Assembly: GCA_000004985.1 (NCBI GenBank)
Contig: GG739052.1
Reading direction: 5' to 3' (one strand)
Length of the DNA: 8,912 bases
From: Naegleria gruberi
Taxonomy: Eukaryota
The translations under genes were made by a program, and so were the position numbers. The notes under the pieces are model-generated. The model was not told the origin of the DNA. It searched no databases and saw only the letters and a list, made by a program, of their open reading frames with translations. This document shows positions 7,985-8,912 of this stretch, piece after piece. The stretch's first letter is position 1. Every line of letters begins with the position of its first letter.

Positions 7985-8785
7985 TGAAATTGCAATTGTT
8001 TGAACAATTAATTGAATTGCAAAGAATGCAAAACAAGCAATTGAAAAGATGAACAAAATATCCACAGTCACTTTCAAGCTCTCAATTACAAGCATGACAA
8101 ACACTGCAACAACCAACAAGAAGTACATTGCAGAACTAATGAAAAAGGAAGTATCAAATATCTTTCTGATAATTTTTGTTTGTTTTGATTTCAAAATTCC
8201 TTGTGAATATTTGATCAAATTGAAGAACAAATGAGAAATGTAGTGCACAATTTCATTAATCACCAACAAGGCAATCAAAATGAGGAATGTTTCAATACCA
8301 AGAGCAAAGAACAATCCCACTAAATCAGCATATGGTATCCCAACAGTTTCTGTTGTCAATGTACTATTCCTGTTTATCATAACATCTTGATAGAGTTGAT
8401 CTGGTTCATTCACATTATTCACTTTCAAATAATTGTGAAATCGTTCAACAATGGAAATATTACAAAAAGTATAAGCAGTTCTTGCACACAATGCCAATGT
8501 TTGAACAATCAACAATGTATTCACGAGAATGAGAACAATTCTTTGAGCCTTCCTCAATGTCTTCCAAGTTTGATTCCTCACAATGAAAATTATCATGACA
8601 AGAATGAGTGAAATGAACAACAAGATGAAGAGAAAGGAAATCGATTGATCAATGGCACTCAACAAAGTATCATCAAAATCATCAATAGTAAACACTGGAG
8701 AGGAGACATTGTTGGTAGATGACGTTTCGTTTACCTGGTAGTTTACTAGAAGAGCGAGTTCGGCAATTTTTCCAACAGAATGCAT
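7985..8785 (-). CDS. Seven-transmembrane receptor-like membrane protein, exon 1 (N-terminal ectodomain to TM5); family unassigned (nematode chemoreceptor-like, lacks class-A DRY/NPxxY)
   Basis: True ATG at 8783-8785 (minus) in the context acaaacaaagATGcat. It encodes MHSVGKIAELALLVNYQVNETSS...; the ORF-track extension upstream of this ATG starts at TTG and is preceded by an in-frame TAG. There are five strongly hydrophobic ~20-25 aa segments separated by basic loops (RNQTWKTLRKAQR; KSKQTKIIRK), consistent with an N-out topology. N-glycosylation sequons NETS, NIS and NST sit in predicted extracellular segments. The exon ends at a consensus GTAAGT donor (ATTTCA|GTAAGT). Confidence 0.55.
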
Positions 8786-8912
8786 CTTTGTTTGTTTTTT
8801 TCTTTTGTGATTAGTGAAGTATGACAACGTTACAGGAATGAAAACGAATAACAATTTGAGAGATATGGATTGTACTAATTGGAAGAATAGTTGCAACTAA
8901 CAAATATAGAAA

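Noticed and set aside
1-8912. Prokaryotic accessory or defence island, CRISPR array, or phage system, as the prompt suggests
   Set aside because: Motif-restoring GT-AG introns with GTAAGT donors, no Shine-Dalgarno spacing and no CRISPR-type repeats all indicate eukaryotic nuclear DNA. The ORF-track M residues at 6866, 7230, 7918, 8896 and 294 are TTG or GTG codons, not ATG.

Overview
The window reads as AT-rich eukaryotic nuclear DNA, most likely nematode-like or another invertebrate metazoan. It is not a prokaryotic locus, and no defence-island or other prokaryotic system is visible. The evidence is two short GT-AG introns with GTAAGT donors (43 nt and 63 nt) whose removal restores conserved protein motifs, A-rich ATG contexts, and no Shine-Dalgarno or operon-style gene packing. 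Positions 2459..6673 (4215 nt, 47% of the window) are an unresolved run of N, and every long ORF in the track that crosses it is an artefact. All four gene models I can support lie on the minus strand. (1) 1010..1723 is an intronless ORF for a 237-aa Pro/Ser-rich low-complexity protein with an MGSAVS N-myristoylation-type N-terminus. (2) 2213..2458 holds the last 81 codons of a glutamine-synthetase-family (type I-like, lengsin-like) catalytic domain, and the rest of this gene is in the gap. (3) 6674..6888 plus 6932..~7317 are two exons of a Ser/Thr protein kinase (GGFGTV / LALK / HRDIKPDN / DFG / APE / SDIFA) that runs 3'-ward into the gap; its 5' end is unresolved. (4) 8785..7985 plus 7921..7547 form a two-exon, 7-transmembrane receptor-like protein with a Thr/Asn-rich tail ending -SKV. 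Points worth a second look are the kinase and GS-like fragments sharing one strand across the gap, the tight same-strand spacing of the genes, an over-represented GTTTCGAAT(AG) motif, and the unresolved kinase 5' end. The ORF track uses TTG/GTG as start codons, which is not appropriate here.
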